From NCBI GenBank assembly GCA_045863855.1, contig BTVV01000033.1, positions 1-56,671 of the forward strand: a stretch of DNA of 56,671 nt. The letters run 5' to 3'. The stretch is from Planctomycetota bacterium (GTDB taxonomy: Bacteria; Planctomycetota; SZUA-567; H5-PLA8). Below are positions 36,944 to 46,756 of the stretch, piece after piece (position 1 is the first letter of the stretch; the number at the start of each line of letters is the position of its first letter). A model generated the notes under the pieces. The model made no database searches. It saw only the letters and a list, made by a program, of their open reading frames with translations, and had not been told where the DNA came from. The position numbers and the translations under genes are program-made.

Positions 36944-39900
36944 CAGTCCGCTCCTTCCTTGACCGGTATCCCCTTCAACTGCTTCGCGCGCGCGCGCAGG
37001 AATTGCACCGTATCGCTCCACGCGCTTACCCGGTCGCTCTGCCCGCTCACGTCCGGGCTGAACAGCCCCGCCCCCTTCAGCACCAGTCCGCCCGAAAGTT
37101 TCGGCAGCGGACCGGCCAGCTTGCCCCCGGCCAGCGTGAAGCGCAGGCCGATCTTCTCGATCCCGAACGTCAGGTCCGCGATCCGCTCCACGCTCATCCC
37201 GTTCCGTTGCGCCGCCTCCGTCACCATCTCCGGCGCCAGCACGTACGCGAAACGCCCGTCGTAACTGTCTTCCTTGTCCGCGCGCGGCGAACTGTCCACG
37301 TCCACCACGAACGATTGCACGTCCTCCAGACCCAGACCCGTCGCCGTGAAGCCCGTCACCGCCACGTTCGCGATCGTCTTCAGGCGCCCCATCTGCGGGT
37401 TGGCCTTTGTCAGATTGCGGAAGTTCAGATCCTCCAGCGCCACTCGCTCCAGGCCCCACACCGGGCTCGATCCGAAAAGCCCGCGCCCGTAAAGCCCGCC
37501 CGCGCGCAGCGTTCCCGAGAAGACCGGCGCCGTCAGCTCGCCTTGCGCCGAAAGTTCCCACGAACCGATCGGCTCCACGCGCCGGCGCAACGCCACCCGC
37601 GCCAGCCGCCCGCTCACCACCGCCCCTTGTAGTCCGTTGATCTTGAAGCCTTCCTGCGCCGCCAGTTCGCCCAGCCCGATCCGCGTCACGTCCAGCGCGC
37701 CTTCCAGCGCCGGTTCCGTCCCTAGCAGATCCCGAGCCCGGAAGTGTTCCACCAGCACCTTCCCGCCCGGCACGTCGATGCTCAGCCCGTTGGCCAGCCG
37801 CAGTTCGTTCGGCGTCGCGATCAGCGCCAGCGGCGCCGGCCCCGCGCGCAGCGGCGGGAAGCGCAGTTCGCCCGCCGTCAGCGTCGCGCGCCGCTCCCGC
37901 GCCCAGTCCGACGGCCACAGCCCGAGGTAAAACGAGAGCGGAATCTCGCCGTACAGCTCGCGGACTTCGAACGGCCGCTCGCCCGCCAGCGCCACGCTCA
38001 CACCGCGCAGGCGCAGCGAACCGGCCAGCGCCGTCGTGTCCCGAGACCAGACGTGCGTTCCTTCGTAGCTCGCGCCCCCGCTGTAGCGTCCCGCCGCCAA
38101 TGCCGGGAATCGGACCTTCAAGTTCGGCTCGCCCAGCGCCGCATGCGCCCGAGCCAGGTCCGGCACGCCCGCGCGCAGCCGCACCAGCCCTTCGCCCCCT
38201 TCCAGCACGTTCCCGCCCGGCGGCAGATGCACGCGCCCGTCCGCCTCCAGCATCAGCAGCCCCGCCAGATCCACGGCCAGCTTATCGAGCCGGATCTGCG
38301 TCCCGATCCCGGCCTCTGTCACGATCCGCGCCGCGCATTGGACCGCCGCGCGCTGGCCTGCCGCGGGCGGCGGCACGTACACGTCGCGCAAGATCAGCGC
38401 CTCGTACCCGTCGAACTGCGCCGCAAGCCCGACCACCAGGCTCGGCGCCGCCAGTTCGCGCGCAAAGTTCAGCGCAAACGTTCCGCTCAACTTCTCCCCT
38501 TCCGAGGCGCTCGGCGCGTGCTTGCACCAGCCGTTTTTCAACGAACCGCTCACCCGCCCGGAAATCGGAAACTTCAAGTCCAGCAGATCCGCCAGCGCGC
38601 CCACCACGAAGGGCTCCACGCGCAGGCGCAACTCCGGAGCCACCCCGCCGAACCGCCACGCCTCCGGGAGCCACCCGCTTTGCAGGTAGCCGCGCATCCG
38701 CTCCAGATCCACCTCCTGGAAGTCGAGCACCAGCGGACCCACGCGCCGGTTCGCCGTGTCGTAGGTCAGGTCGAACGCGCACGCCGTCCCGCCCAGCCAA
38801 GACGTCTCCAGCCGCCCCCGCGCGCGGTACACGTTCGGCTCCGGAACCTCCAGCGTGCCCGCCAGCTTCAGCGAACCGCCCTGCCACGCCAGATCCAGGC
38901 CCAGCGCCCGGCCCTGCCCCGCGCGCGGCTCCAAGTCCACGCGCGCGGCATAATCCACCGGAAACGTCCCGCTCGACAGGTTCAGCATCAGCAGGAACAA
39001 CTCCCCGGATGCGATCCGCCCGCTCAGCACGGCTTGGCCGTTTTCGCGGCGGATCTGGCCTACCGCTGCGACGTTTTTCAGCTTCGCGATATTCATGCCC
39101 GCGATATTGAGCGGACTGTCTAAACCCGCGCCGTCCAAGCGGATAGCGCCCTCGAACGCGCCGCGTTCCAGGTCGTACGACGCCTTCGAAAGCTCCGCCG
39201 ATCCGGCCCACTTCAGCGCCAGCAGCTTGTCGATCCCGCACAGCCGCGCCAGTTCGTTCAACGGCGCGCGCAGCGCTTCCAGCTTCAGCGCGCGCGGGCG
39301 AAAACGACCTTCGGCGTCCACCCCCGCCTCGAGCGCGAACGCCGCTTCCAGCGCCTCTGCCGCGTTCGAACGCAGCGTGCCGCGCAGCGCCGCCCCATGC
39401 AGCGTGCCGCCTTCGAACCGCGCTTCCACGCCCAGCGTGCCGTCGAAGCGCCCCGGCAGCGGCCACTCCAACGGCCAGCGCGTCACCTCCAGCCCGCGCG
39501 CCTCCAGCCCTTCCAGCGCCAGCCGCGTCACCCCCGCCGCGTCGGTGCTCGCCGCTTTCAGATCCTTGCCGAGCAAGCGGCCCTGCACCGCCAGCGCCAG
39601 CTCTTCGCCGTGCACCCATTCCGGCGGCAGCCGCCGCGCGACCAGTTCGCGCCCGAACGGCGTGGCCAGGAACTTGGCCGCGTCGAGTTCCAGGTCGGCG
39701 ATCTGCGCGCCGCGCAGCAACTCCAAGAGCGGCGGCTCCGGCGGATTCCACGCGGCGCGCGCCGAAAATGCCGCGCGCGCCACGTCGCCAAGCGCCACCG
39801 TTGCGTCATTCAATTCCAGCCGCCCCGCGTCCGCGCGCAGCGTAAACGAAGCATCCAGCACCGGCAGCGTTCCGAACTCCGGCAGCGTCACGCGCACGCC

Positions 39901-41163
39901 CGGCAGCCGCAGCGTCCCCGCGAAGCGCGCAGCCGGCCACGCGCCGTCCAGCGGAATCCGCGCCGTGAGTTGCTCGGCCTCTAGCGTCCCGTCCACCTCG
40001 AACGCCTCACCGCCCAGCCGAGGTTCGAAAAGCCCGCGCAGCGCCGCCAGATCCGCCGCCACGCGGCCCGCAGCCCAGTCCAGCGCGTAGCGTTCCCCGC
40101 CCAGCAGTTCCAGCCGCCCGCCCACGCGACCCGCCCGTTCGACGCGTACCTCGAAGTCGTCCAGCGCCGGGGGCACGCCCTGCGCCGTCACGCGCCCCGC
40201 GCCGCGCAGTTCCACCGTCCGCCGGTCCAGCCGCAGCGCCAAGCCCGGACTCAAGGCGTAAAGCACGTCCTGAGCCGTCAAGAGCGCCGTCAACTCCAGC
40301 TTCCCCCCGCCCGCCTCGTTCGCCGTATGCCGCGCGTTCAGGTCGAAGCGCAGCGCCCCGTCGAACTTCAACTCCGGCGGCAGAGCGCCCGCCAAATCCT
40401 TGCTCGGTTCCACACCGCCCTGCAGCGCCAGCGACGCGTTCCAGCCCGGCCCCAGGTTCAGCGAACCGTTCAGCTTCTGCCCCGAAGGCCAGCGCGCCTC
40501 CAGCGTCCCCGATGCCGGCAGCGGCGCATCGGGGCGCGCCCACGTCGCCGCGATCTCGTCCAGCGCGATCGTACGATTCGGCGCGTACGCCAGCGCCAGC
40601 GCGCCTTCGCGCACGTCGATCTGTTCGATCACCGTGCTGCTCGGCGTGCCGCCCGAGGGCAGTTTGATATTCCAGGTGCCCGACGCATCGCGGCGCAGGT
40701 CCAGCATCGGCTTATGGATGTGAATCGAGCGGATCCGCTCGGAGGTCGCCAGCGCCCACAGGTCCCACTCGGCCGTTACGGCTTCCACGGTCGCCGCCGG
40801 CGGATCGGGACGGTCCGTTGCCGGCACGCGCAAGCCTTCCAGCCGCAGGCCTTCCAGCCCGCTGGTGGAAAGCCGCGTCGCGCCCGCGCCATCGCCGAAC
40901 GCGGAACTCATTTCACGATTGATCCGGCTTTCGAGGAATCCCAGTTTCACGTACGCCAGCACGCCCAAGTACGCCAGCAGCGGCAAGCCCGCCAAGACGC
41001 CCAGGAGGATCAGCGCGCCGAACCACGGCCCGCGCTTGCGCCGCTCGTTCGCCTGCTTCACCGGCGTTGAAGATTCCGGGCGCGCCGGCCAGTCGCCTTG
41101 CGGCGGCGCGGGTGGACCGCTCGCGGCGGCCGGATCGGGTTTCGCCGACGACTCCTGCGCCAC
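36943..41163 (-). CDS. Large AsmA-like/YdbH-like inner-membrane-anchored beta-rich protein (1406 aa)
   Basis: N-terminal TM helix, AsmA-type N-terminus (IRSIHIHKPMLDLRRDASGTWN), alternating amphipathic beta-strands throughout, translationally coupled to YdbL. Confidence 0.7.
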   Translation of the reverse strand: MAQESSAKPDPAAASGPPAPPQGDWPARPESSTPVKQANERRKRGPWFGALILLGVLAGLPLLAYLGVLAYVKLGFLESRINREMSSAFGDGAGATRLSTSGLEGLRLEGLRVPATDRPDPPAATVEAVTAEWDLWALATSERIRSIHIHKPMLDLRRDASGTWNIKLPSGGTPSSTVIEQIDVREGALALAYAPNRTIALDEIAATWARPDAPLPASGTLEARWPSGQKLNGSLNLGPGWNASLALQGGVEPSKDLAGALPPELKFDGALRFDLNARHTANEAGGGKLELTALLTAQDVLYALSPGLALRLDRRTVELRGAGRVTAQGVPPALDDFEVRVERAGRVGGRLELLGGERYALDWAAGRVAADLAALRGLFEPRLGGEAFEVDGTLEAEQLTARIPLDGAWPAARFAGTLRLPGVRVTLPEFGTLPVLDASFTLRADAGRLELNDATVALGDVARAAFSARAAWNPPEPPLLELLRGAQIADLELDAAKFLATPFGRELVARRLPPEWVHGEELALAVQGRLLGKDLKAASTDAAGVTRLALEGLEARGLEVTRWPLEWPLPGRFDGTLGVEARFEGGTLHGAALRGTLRSNAAEALEAAFALEAGVDAEGRFRPRALKLEALRAPLNELARLCGIDKLLALKWAGSAELSKASYDLERGAFEGAIRLDGAGLDSPLNIAGMNIAKLKNVAAVGQIRRENGQAVLSGRIASGELFLLMLNLSSGTFPVDYAARVDLEPRAGQGRALGLDLAWQGGSLKLAGTLEVPEPNVYRARGRLETSWLGGTACAFDLTYDTANRRVGPLVLDFQEVDLERMRGYLQSGWLPEAWRFGGVAPELRLRVEPFVVGALADLLDLKFPISGRVSGSLKNGWCKHAPSASEGEKLSGTFALNFARELAAPSLVVGLAAQFDGYEALILRDVYVPPPAAGQRAAVQCAARIVTEAGIGTQIRLDKLAVDLAGLLMLEADGRVHLPPGGNVLEGGEGLVRLRAGVPDLARAHAALGEPNLKVRFPALAAGRYSGGASYEGTHVWSRDTTALAGSLRLRGVSVALAGERPFEVRELYGEIPLSFYLGLWPSDWARERRATLTAGELRFPPLRAGPAPLALIATPNELRLANGLSIDVPGGKVLVEHFRARDLLGTEPALEGALDVTRIGLGELAAQEGFKINGLQGAVVSGRLARVALRRRVEPIGSWELSAQGELTAPVFSGTLRAGGLYGRGLFGSSPVWGLERVALEDLNFRNLTKANPQMGRLKTIANVAVTGFTATGLGLEDVQSFVVDVDSSPRADKEDSYDGRFAYVLAPEMVTEAAQRNGMSVERIADLTFGIEKIGLRFTLAGGKLAGPLPKLSGGLVLKGAGLFSPDVSGQSDRVSAWSDTVQFLRARAKQLKGIPVKEGAD

Positions 41164-41185
41164 CGCCTGCCCCTCGCTGCGCCGC

Positions 41186-42274
41186 TTACCGCGCCCGCCA
41201 GCCCAACGGCTCCGCGTGCACCCGGTACGCGTTCCCGTGCGCCGCCTGCAGAGCCGTCCACAACTCGTCAGGCTCGTACGCCAGACGCAGCCGCGCGCCC
41301 ACCTTCGGACATTCCGCCAGCCACGTCTCGATCAGTTCCCCGTCTTCGTGCGGCGCCAGCCCCGGCGCATAGAGCACCACCTGCTTCCACGCGCACAAGG
41401 CCGCCGCCAATTCCCCCGCCGGATCGCCCAAGGCCGCCGCTTCGTCCGACCGCAGCGCATCGCCTCCGGCCAGCGCCTCCTCGGCTTCGCGCAGCAACGC
41501 TTCCAGATCGCGCGTGAACCGCGCCGAGCCCAGCCCCTCGTCGGCCGCGCACGCCAGAACCGCGCTGCGCTCGAACGAGCGCGAAGCCGCGATCGCGCGG
41601 AAGCCGCAAACGGCCTCCTCCAGCGTCGCGTCGCTTGGGAACCCGCCGCCCGTCGTCAGACACACCGCCGCGTCGTACGCCGCCGCAAGCGTTTCCGCGC
41701 CCGCGCCGGGTGCCGACCGCAACGCCGCCAGCCGCACCGTCTGCCCGGGCACCGCCGCCATCCGCGCGCACCACGCCGGCGCCGCGGATTCCGGGAGCAC
41801 GCTCGACGCTTCGCTCAGATCGGGCAGTACCGCCAATCGCAGATCGGCTTGCGCGTACAGCGCGTCCGGACCGTCCGCCTCCGGCGTCCACGGCCGGATC
41901 TCGTACTCGCCCGTCAGTTCCTCGCCGTAACGCCGGATCGCTGCGCGCCCCAGCACCGCGTCGCACGTCCCCGGGCAGGCCAGAAAATGTATCCGCGTCG
42001 GCCGCACGCCTGCGGCCACCAGCAGCTTCGCCAGCGCCGGAAGCACCGCCGCGTACGGCCCCGGCAGCGAGACGTCCCCCACCAGCACCGCCGCGCGCCG
42101 CTTCCCGCGCGCCAGTTCCGCCACCTCCGCCAGCGCCGCGGAAACGTCGCACGCCGCCGCCGGATCGGTTCGCACCGGGCGCGGCGCATCCACGCGCACG
42201 CCTTCCGGCGCGGTCAGCGCAAGGCCGTCGTAGCCCAGGGCCAGCAGCGTGGATGCGGACACGGGGAGCGTCAA
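41186..42274 (-). CDS. Lactate racemase (LarA/DUF2088)-like protein, apparently degenerate (about 362 aa)
   Basis: L.YDG start, AAVLVGDVSLP (cf. V.IV.D.TRP), L..AGV...I.FLACPGT (cf. A.GTH), GGGFPSD (cf. GG.P.D), ACAADEGLGS. TTG start overlaps the creatininase stop. Confidence 0.55.
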   Translation of the reverse strand: MTLPVSASTLLALGYDGLALTAPEGVRVDAPRPVRTDPAAACDVSAALAEVAELARGKRRAAVLVGDVSLPGPYAAVLPALAKLLVAAGVRPTRIHFLACPGTCDAVLGRAAIRRYGEELTGEYEIRPWTPEADGPDALYAQADLRLAVLPDLSEASSVLPESAAPAWCARMAAVPGQTVRLAALRSAPGAGAETLAAAYDAAVCLTTGGGFPSDATLEEAVCGFRAIAASRSFERSAVLACAADEGLGSARFTRDLEALLREAEEALAGGDALRSDEAAALGDPAGELAAALCAWKQVVLYAPGLAPHEDGELIETWLAECPKVGARLRLAYEPDELWTALQAAHGNAYRVHAEPLGWRAR

Positions 42275-43083
42275 ACCGTCCCGAACGGAACCGTGTGCGA
42301 ACGGTCGAACGGGAAATCGTCGTCGATCTCCGCCGCGTGCAGTTCCAGCAGGTACGAACCCAGCCGCTCGCCGGCTTTCTTCAGATACTTCTCGCCCTTC
42401 GCCGCCGTCGCCTTGCGCGGATCGCCCACGCCGCTGTTCGTCGTCGCCAGCTCCCACGCCCGCGGATGCCAGACCCACTTGCGCCGCACCGCCTCGAAGC
42501 GCGACGGATACACCTGCCCCGCGTCCGCGGCTTTCAGATCCACCAGCCCCGGCTCCAGCGCCAGCATCAGGCTCGTCTCCATCTCGTCGGCGTGATCGCC
42601 CGGATGCGTGAAGAGCTTCTTGCCTTCGTCCGCCATGAGCTGGAAGAAATTCACCAGGCTCACGAAGACCGGGCTGCGGCCGTGCAGCTCGCGAATCCCC
42701 GGCTGAAAATGGTTCCCGCCGTGCCCGTTGGCCACCACCAGCTTGAAGACGTCGTACGCTTCCAGCGATTCGCAGACGTTCGCGACGATCTTGTCCAGCA
42801 GCGACTGGTCGCAGCTCACCGTCATCGGGAAGCCCAGCGTGTTCTGGTTCGCGCCGAACGGAATCTGCGGCAGCAGCGCCACCCGCGCCCCGCGCTTCCA
42901 GGCCCACGCGCACGCACGGTCGCAGATCGAGACGATCTCGTAGGTGTCCGTGCCGTACGGGAGATGCAGATTATGCGGCTCCGTCGCCCCAAACGGCAGC
43001 ACCGCCGCCGTGAACCCCGCTTCGCGCACGTCCGCCAGGCTCAATTCCTGCAATCGCCACGGCTGCTTCGCCTGCTTGGCCAT
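42271..43083 (-). CDS. Creatininase/creatinine amidohydrolase family protein
   Basis: Metal-ligand motifs LPFGATEPHNLHLPYGTD, NGHGGN, HADEMETS, and GVGDP..ATA.KG. Confidence 0.93.
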   Translation of the reverse strand: MAKQAKQPWRLQELSLADVREAGFTAAVLPFGATEPHNLHLPYGTDTYEIVSICDRACAWAWKRGARVALLPQIPFGANQNTLGFPMTVSCDQSLLDKIVANVCESLEAYDVFKLVVANGHGGNHFQPGIRELHGRSPVFVSLVNFFQLMADEGKKLFTHPGDHADEMETSLMLALEPGLVDLKAADAGQVYPSRFEAVRRKWVWHPRAWELATTNSGVGDPRKATAAKGEKYLKKAGERLGSYLLELHAAEIDDDFPFDRSHTVPFGTV

Positions 43084-43140
43084 CGGTATTCGCTTCCTTC
43101 TTAAGGTGTGAAGTCGGAACGCGGTCTTTATAGCCCGAAC

Positions 43141-44352
43141 TCACGCCGGCCGCACGCTCTTCCCCCGCGCGATCTCCACCGGGATGCTCACCCGCAGCGG
43201 CGAGCCTCCCGCACCGGCGGCCACCTGCCGCACGCGGTCGAAGCCCAACTCGCCCAGCTTGCCGTAATCCAGCCGCGCCCCGGCCAGCACTCCGTCGCCC
43301 GCCCCGCGCAATTGCGTGCACGCCAGCGCAGGCTTGAACGCCCCCGGCTCCGCGTTCCACAACGCTCGCGCCAGCGCCTCGTCGTCCACCAGCAGCGCCG
43401 TCGGAGCCGAAGCCATTTCCGACAACAGCGCGTGTGCGTGTTCCGCCGGAGCCCCCGGCGGCAGCGCGACCACCGCTTCCGCACGCAATTCCAGCCCTTC
43501 TTCGCGCAGCGCCAGCCGAGCGCCTTCTTCGCGCTGCAAGGCCGGCGCCCCCGGCTCTAGCGCCTGCGACGCATCGCGCACGTACGCCACGCGCCGGTGC
43601 CCCGCCTGCACGAACAGCCGCGCCAACTGGTAGCCCGCCGAATAATGGTCCAGCCCCACCGCGTTCAGCGGCAACTCGCCCGGCAACTGATCCAGCAGCA
43701 CCGCCGGCAACTCGGGGCGCAGCCAGCCGTGCAACTCCGGCAACGGACGAGGTCCCAACAGCAGCACGCCTTGCGCGCCCGCCGCCAGCACCTCCGCCGG
43801 ACCCGCCGCGCGCTTGCGTGCGTGCGCGCTCCACATCGCCAGCACGTCCCCCGACTCCAGCACCCGCCGCCGAATGCCCGCCAGCACCTCCGCGTACTCC
43901 GGCCGGGCCGCGAAGGCCTCCGCGTCCGGCAGCGCCAAGCCCCACCCGCGCCGCTCGGCAAACGCGCGCAAGCCCACCGGACGCGTGTCCAGCGCCGGCG
44001 TCAGATCGAAGAGCGGCGGCGTCGCGTCGTCAGCTACGGGCGGAGGCGAAGCGTAAATGGGTGCGGGCGGCGGCGGAGCCGTGGCCCATTCGCGCACGAA
44101 CGTCCCGCGGCCCTGTTCGAGGCTCAACAGGCCTTCATCCGACAATTCGGTCAGCGCACGCCGCACGGAGTTGTAACTGATCTTGTACGCCTTCATCAGC
44201 TCGCGGACGGTCAGGACCGGGTCGCCCGGCTTGAGCTGCCCCGAGCGAATCTGCCGCCGCAGGTCGCGCACCAGCGGATCGGTCACCGTGGACCCCCGTA
44301 AGCGCCGCGGATGCGCCGCATCTTCGCCCGATGTTTGGGAAAGCTCACTCAT
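43141..44352 (-). CDS. GntR-family regulator with LacI-like effector domain (AraR-type)
   Basis: IRSGQLKPGD..LTVREL..Y.IS..SVRRAL..L..EG.L..EQGRGTFV, with a C-terminal V.LD...G..LA..GHRRVAYV. Confidence 0.88.
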   Translation of the reverse strand: MSELSQTSGEDAAHPRRLRGSTVTDPLVRDLRRQIRSGQLKPGDPVLTVRELMKAYKISYNSVRRALTELSDEGLLSLEQGRGTFVREWATAPPPPAPIYASPPPVADDATPPLFDLTPALDTRPVGLRAFAERRGWGLALPDAEAFAARPEYAEVLAGIRRRVLESGDVLAMWSAHARKRAAGPAEVLAAGAQGVLLLGPRPLPELHGWLRPELPAVLLDQLPGELPLNAVGLDHYSAGYQLARLFVQAGHRRVAYVRDASQALEPGAPALQREEGARLALREEGLELRAEAVVALPPGAPAEHAHALLSEMASAPTALLVDDEALARALWNAEPGAFKPALACTQLRGAGDGVLAGARLDYGKLGELGFDRVRQVAAGAGGSPLRVSIPVEIARGKSVRPA

Positions 44353-44547
44353 GCCGACCCCCAGAAAAATTATTCATAGCTCATTCGTGATTCACGGCAA
44401 GTTCACCTCCCATCCCCTTGGACGCCCGCAACCCCAAGCATATGCGGACCATCCCGTTCCACGCGCAGCGATTGAAGCAGGGTTGAATTTTTTAGCCGCC
44501 GCGCCCACTCAGCGGTTAACCTCTACAGGAGCCGAGGTGACGCCCAC

Positions 44548-45312
44548 GTGAAGCCCCTTCGAGCCCGCACCGTCCTCGCGCTCTGCGTCGCGCTCCTTAT
44601 AGGTAGCACGCACCCCGCCGCGCTCCGCGCCGGGGAAGCCGAAACGTCCCAACCGTCCGAACCCGCGTCGCCCACCGAGATAGGCAGGCCTGCCGAGCCC
44701 AGCGACGTTCCGCCGCAGGAACCGCAGCCCGCCGTTCAAGCCGAGACCCAAAGCGCCGCGGCCGTCGCCCCGCCGGCGCTTCAGGATCACGCCCGCGCGC
44801 TTCCGCCCAGCGGCAAGAAAAAGGAGCCGGGTCTCGCGGCGCTCGCGTGGACCTCCGAACCGCACGGCAATCCCGCGCGCCTGGAAAACGAATCGCCGCC
44901 GCCCGCTGCGCCGGCCGACTGCCTGGCCATCGAACTTCTGGGCGGACCGAAGAGCTACACGTCGATTCGCTGCGAAGGAACCTGGAAGCTCAAGCGCGGC
45001 GACGGCGCGCATACGCGCCTCGTCATTTACAACGCCACGGCCGGCGCGCTGCGCATGAGTCTCGCGTACTCGGCGGGCGAACGCTTCGAGTGGCACGAGT
45101 CCCCCCCGCTCACCCTGCAACCCGGTTGGAACGAAGTGGAGATCGACCAAGGCGCGCGCCGCTTCAAGTCCGAACGCTCCGATTGGCGGCACGCCGCGCG
45201 CTTGCCCGACGAACCCTGCCGCGCCGTCAACCTCGTCTTCCACACCGGCGCGCGCACCGGGCGCCTCTTCGTCGAATCGCTCCGCCTGGACGCCGAACCG
45301 CTCAAGCGGTGA
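44548..45312 (+). CDS. Secreted hypothetical protein (Pro-rich linker plus beta-sandwich-like domain)
   Basis: Signal peptide, P/E/A-rich linker, then WHESPPLTLQPGWNEVEID and GRLFVESLRL, suggestive of a CBM-like jelly-roll. Confidence 0.6.
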   Translation: MKPLRARTVLALCVALLIGSTHPAALRAGEAETSQPSEPASPTEIGRPAEPSDVPPQEPQPAVQAETQSAAAVAPPALQDHARALPPSGKKKEPGLAALAWTSEPHGNPARLENESPPPAAPADCLAIELLGGPKSYTSIRCEGTWKLKRGDGAHTRLVIYNATAGALRMSLAYSAGERFEWHESPPLTLQPGWNEVEIDQGARRFKSERSDWRHAARLPDEPCRAVNLVFHTGARTGRLFVESLRLDAEPLKR

Positions 45313-45313
45313 C

Positions 45314-45342
45314 TTGACAGCCTTCGCCAACCGGTTAGCGCT
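45314..45342 (+). promoter_or_regulatory. TTGACA -35 box followed by a LacI-type palindrome
   Basis: TTGACA at 45314-45319. GCCAACCGGTTAGC at 45326-45339 (core AACCGGTT) covers the spacer/-10 region. The -10 box is weak. Confidence 0.35.
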
Positions 45343-45405
45343 GATACCTTCGTAGCCACAAAAAATCTTCCATCGCGCCCACGGGCGCCCCAGGAGCTGC
45401 CGCGC

Positions 45406-46650
45406 ATGGCCGCATTACGAGTGGGATTCATCGGTACGGGCAAGAAGCCGGAAAAGCCGGGGCCGCTGGGTTACGGCATGGCCCACCAGCACGCCGCGGC
45501 CTACCAGAGCCTGCCTGCCGGCGTCGTGGAGATTGTCGCCGTCGCCGACCTCTCGCGCGAAAACGCCGAAGCCTTCTGCGATCTCTTTCACGTCGATAAA
45601 AACAAGATCTACACCGATTACCACGCCATGCTGGCTCAGGAGAAGCTCGATATCGTCAGCGTCGCGACGTGGCCGCACCTCCACGCCCCGATGGTCCTGG
45701 CCTGCGCGAAAGCCCGTGTGAAAGGCGTCTTCTGCGAAAAGCCCATGGCCGACGGCTGGGGCGCCGCCCGCAAGATGCACGACGAATGCCGTGCCGCCGG
45801 AACTTGGCTCGCCTTCAACCACCAGCGCCGCTACGGCAAGCCCTTCCGCATCGCCCGCAAGCTCATCGTCGACGGCGCCATCGGCAAGCTCCAGCAAGTC
45901 CAGTTCACCTGCGGCGACATCTACGACTACGGCACGCACAGCTTCGACCTCTCCAATTACCTCAACGGCGAACAGCGCGCCAAGTGGGTTCTCGCCAACA
46001 TCGACTACCGCCAGGCCAAAGTCATTTTCGGCGCGCACTGCGAGAACCAAGCCATCGTCATCTGGGAGTACGAGAACGGCGTGCTCGGACTGGCTGCCAC
46101 CGGCGCCGGGCGCGGAACGGTCCTCGCGCACAACAAGGCCATCGGCAGCGAAGGCATCATCGAGATCGGGCCGCAGAGCGAAGGCAACCACCCCACCCAA
46201 CTGCGCATCCACCGCTTCGGGCAAGGCGGCTGGGAATACGTCGACTGCAGCGGCGAACACTGCCACGGACCCGGCTACATCGAACGCGCCATCGCCGATT
46301 TCATCCAGAGCGTCCAGGCCGGCAAGCCCAGCGAAGTCGACAGCGAAAACGCGCTCAAAGGCACCGAGGTCATCTTCGCCGCCTACGAATCCAGCCGCCG
46401 CCACGGCCGCGTCGATCTTCCGCTCACCATCTCCGACAACCCGCTCGTGAGCATGGTCAACGATGGCACCCTAAAGGTCGAAGGCCTCCCCGCGCCCAAG
46501 CCCGCGCCGAAACCGGCCTCCGCCCGAAAATCCGCTCCGCCCAAGAAAGCAGCCCCACCGGCGAAGCCCAAAGCCAAGCCCAAGCCGAAAGCGAAGCCGA
46601 AGTCCAAGGCTAAGCCGAAAGCTAAACAGAACTCGAAGCGCAAACGCTGA
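45406..46650 (+). CDS. Gfo/Idh/MocA-family oxidoreductase with Lys/Pro/Ala-rich tail
   Basis: LRVGFIGTG, LDIVSVATWPHLH, FCEKPMA, NHQRRY, DYGTH.FD. Confidence 0.92.
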   Translation: MAALRVGFIGTGKKPEKPGPLGYGMAHQHAAAYQSLPAGVVEIVAVADLSRENAEAFCDLFHVDKNKIYTDYHAMLAQEKLDIVSVATWPHLHAPMVLACAKARVKGVFCEKPMADGWGAARKMHDECRAAGTWLAFNHQRRYGKPFRIARKLIVDGAIGKLQQVQFTCGDIYDYGTHSFDLSNYLNGEQRAKWVLANIDYRQAKVIFGAHCENQAIVIWEYENGVLGLAATGAGRGTVLAHNKAIGSEGIIEIGPQSEGNHPTQLRIHRFGQGGWEYVDCSGEHCHGPGYIERAIADFIQSVQAGKPSEVDSENALKGTEVIFAAYESSRRHGRVDLPLTISDNPLVSMVNDGTLKVEGLPAPKPAPKPASARKSAPPKKAAPPAKPKAKPKPKAKPKSKAKPKAKQNSKRKR

Positions 46651-46658
46651 AGCCAAGC

Positions 46659-46700
46659 GCTGAGCCAGGAGCCCTCCGCCAAGCGCGCTCCTGGCTCAGC
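46659..46700. terminator. Strong hairpin between convergent genes (likely bidirectional terminator)
   Basis: Perfect 14-bp inverted repeat GCTGAGCCAGGAGC/GCTCCTGGCTCAGC with a 14-nt loop. No U-tract. Confidence 0.6.
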
Positions 46701-46756
46701 CACCCGAATTAGCCCTTCGGCTCCGTCGTTCATTCCAAAATTCAATATCGAAACGC

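Noticed and set aside
36944..37918. N-terminal extension of the 473-aa ORF, suggesting a YdbH-YdbL frameshift fusion
   Set aside because: The extension is off-frame low-information sequence. The TGATG overlap and the YdbL signal peptide explain the junction.
42275..42913. N-terminal part of the 575-aa ORF, suggesting a creatininase-LarA fusion
   Set aside because: It overlaps the intact creatininase in another frame, no slippery site is evident, and a TTGA coupled start explains it.
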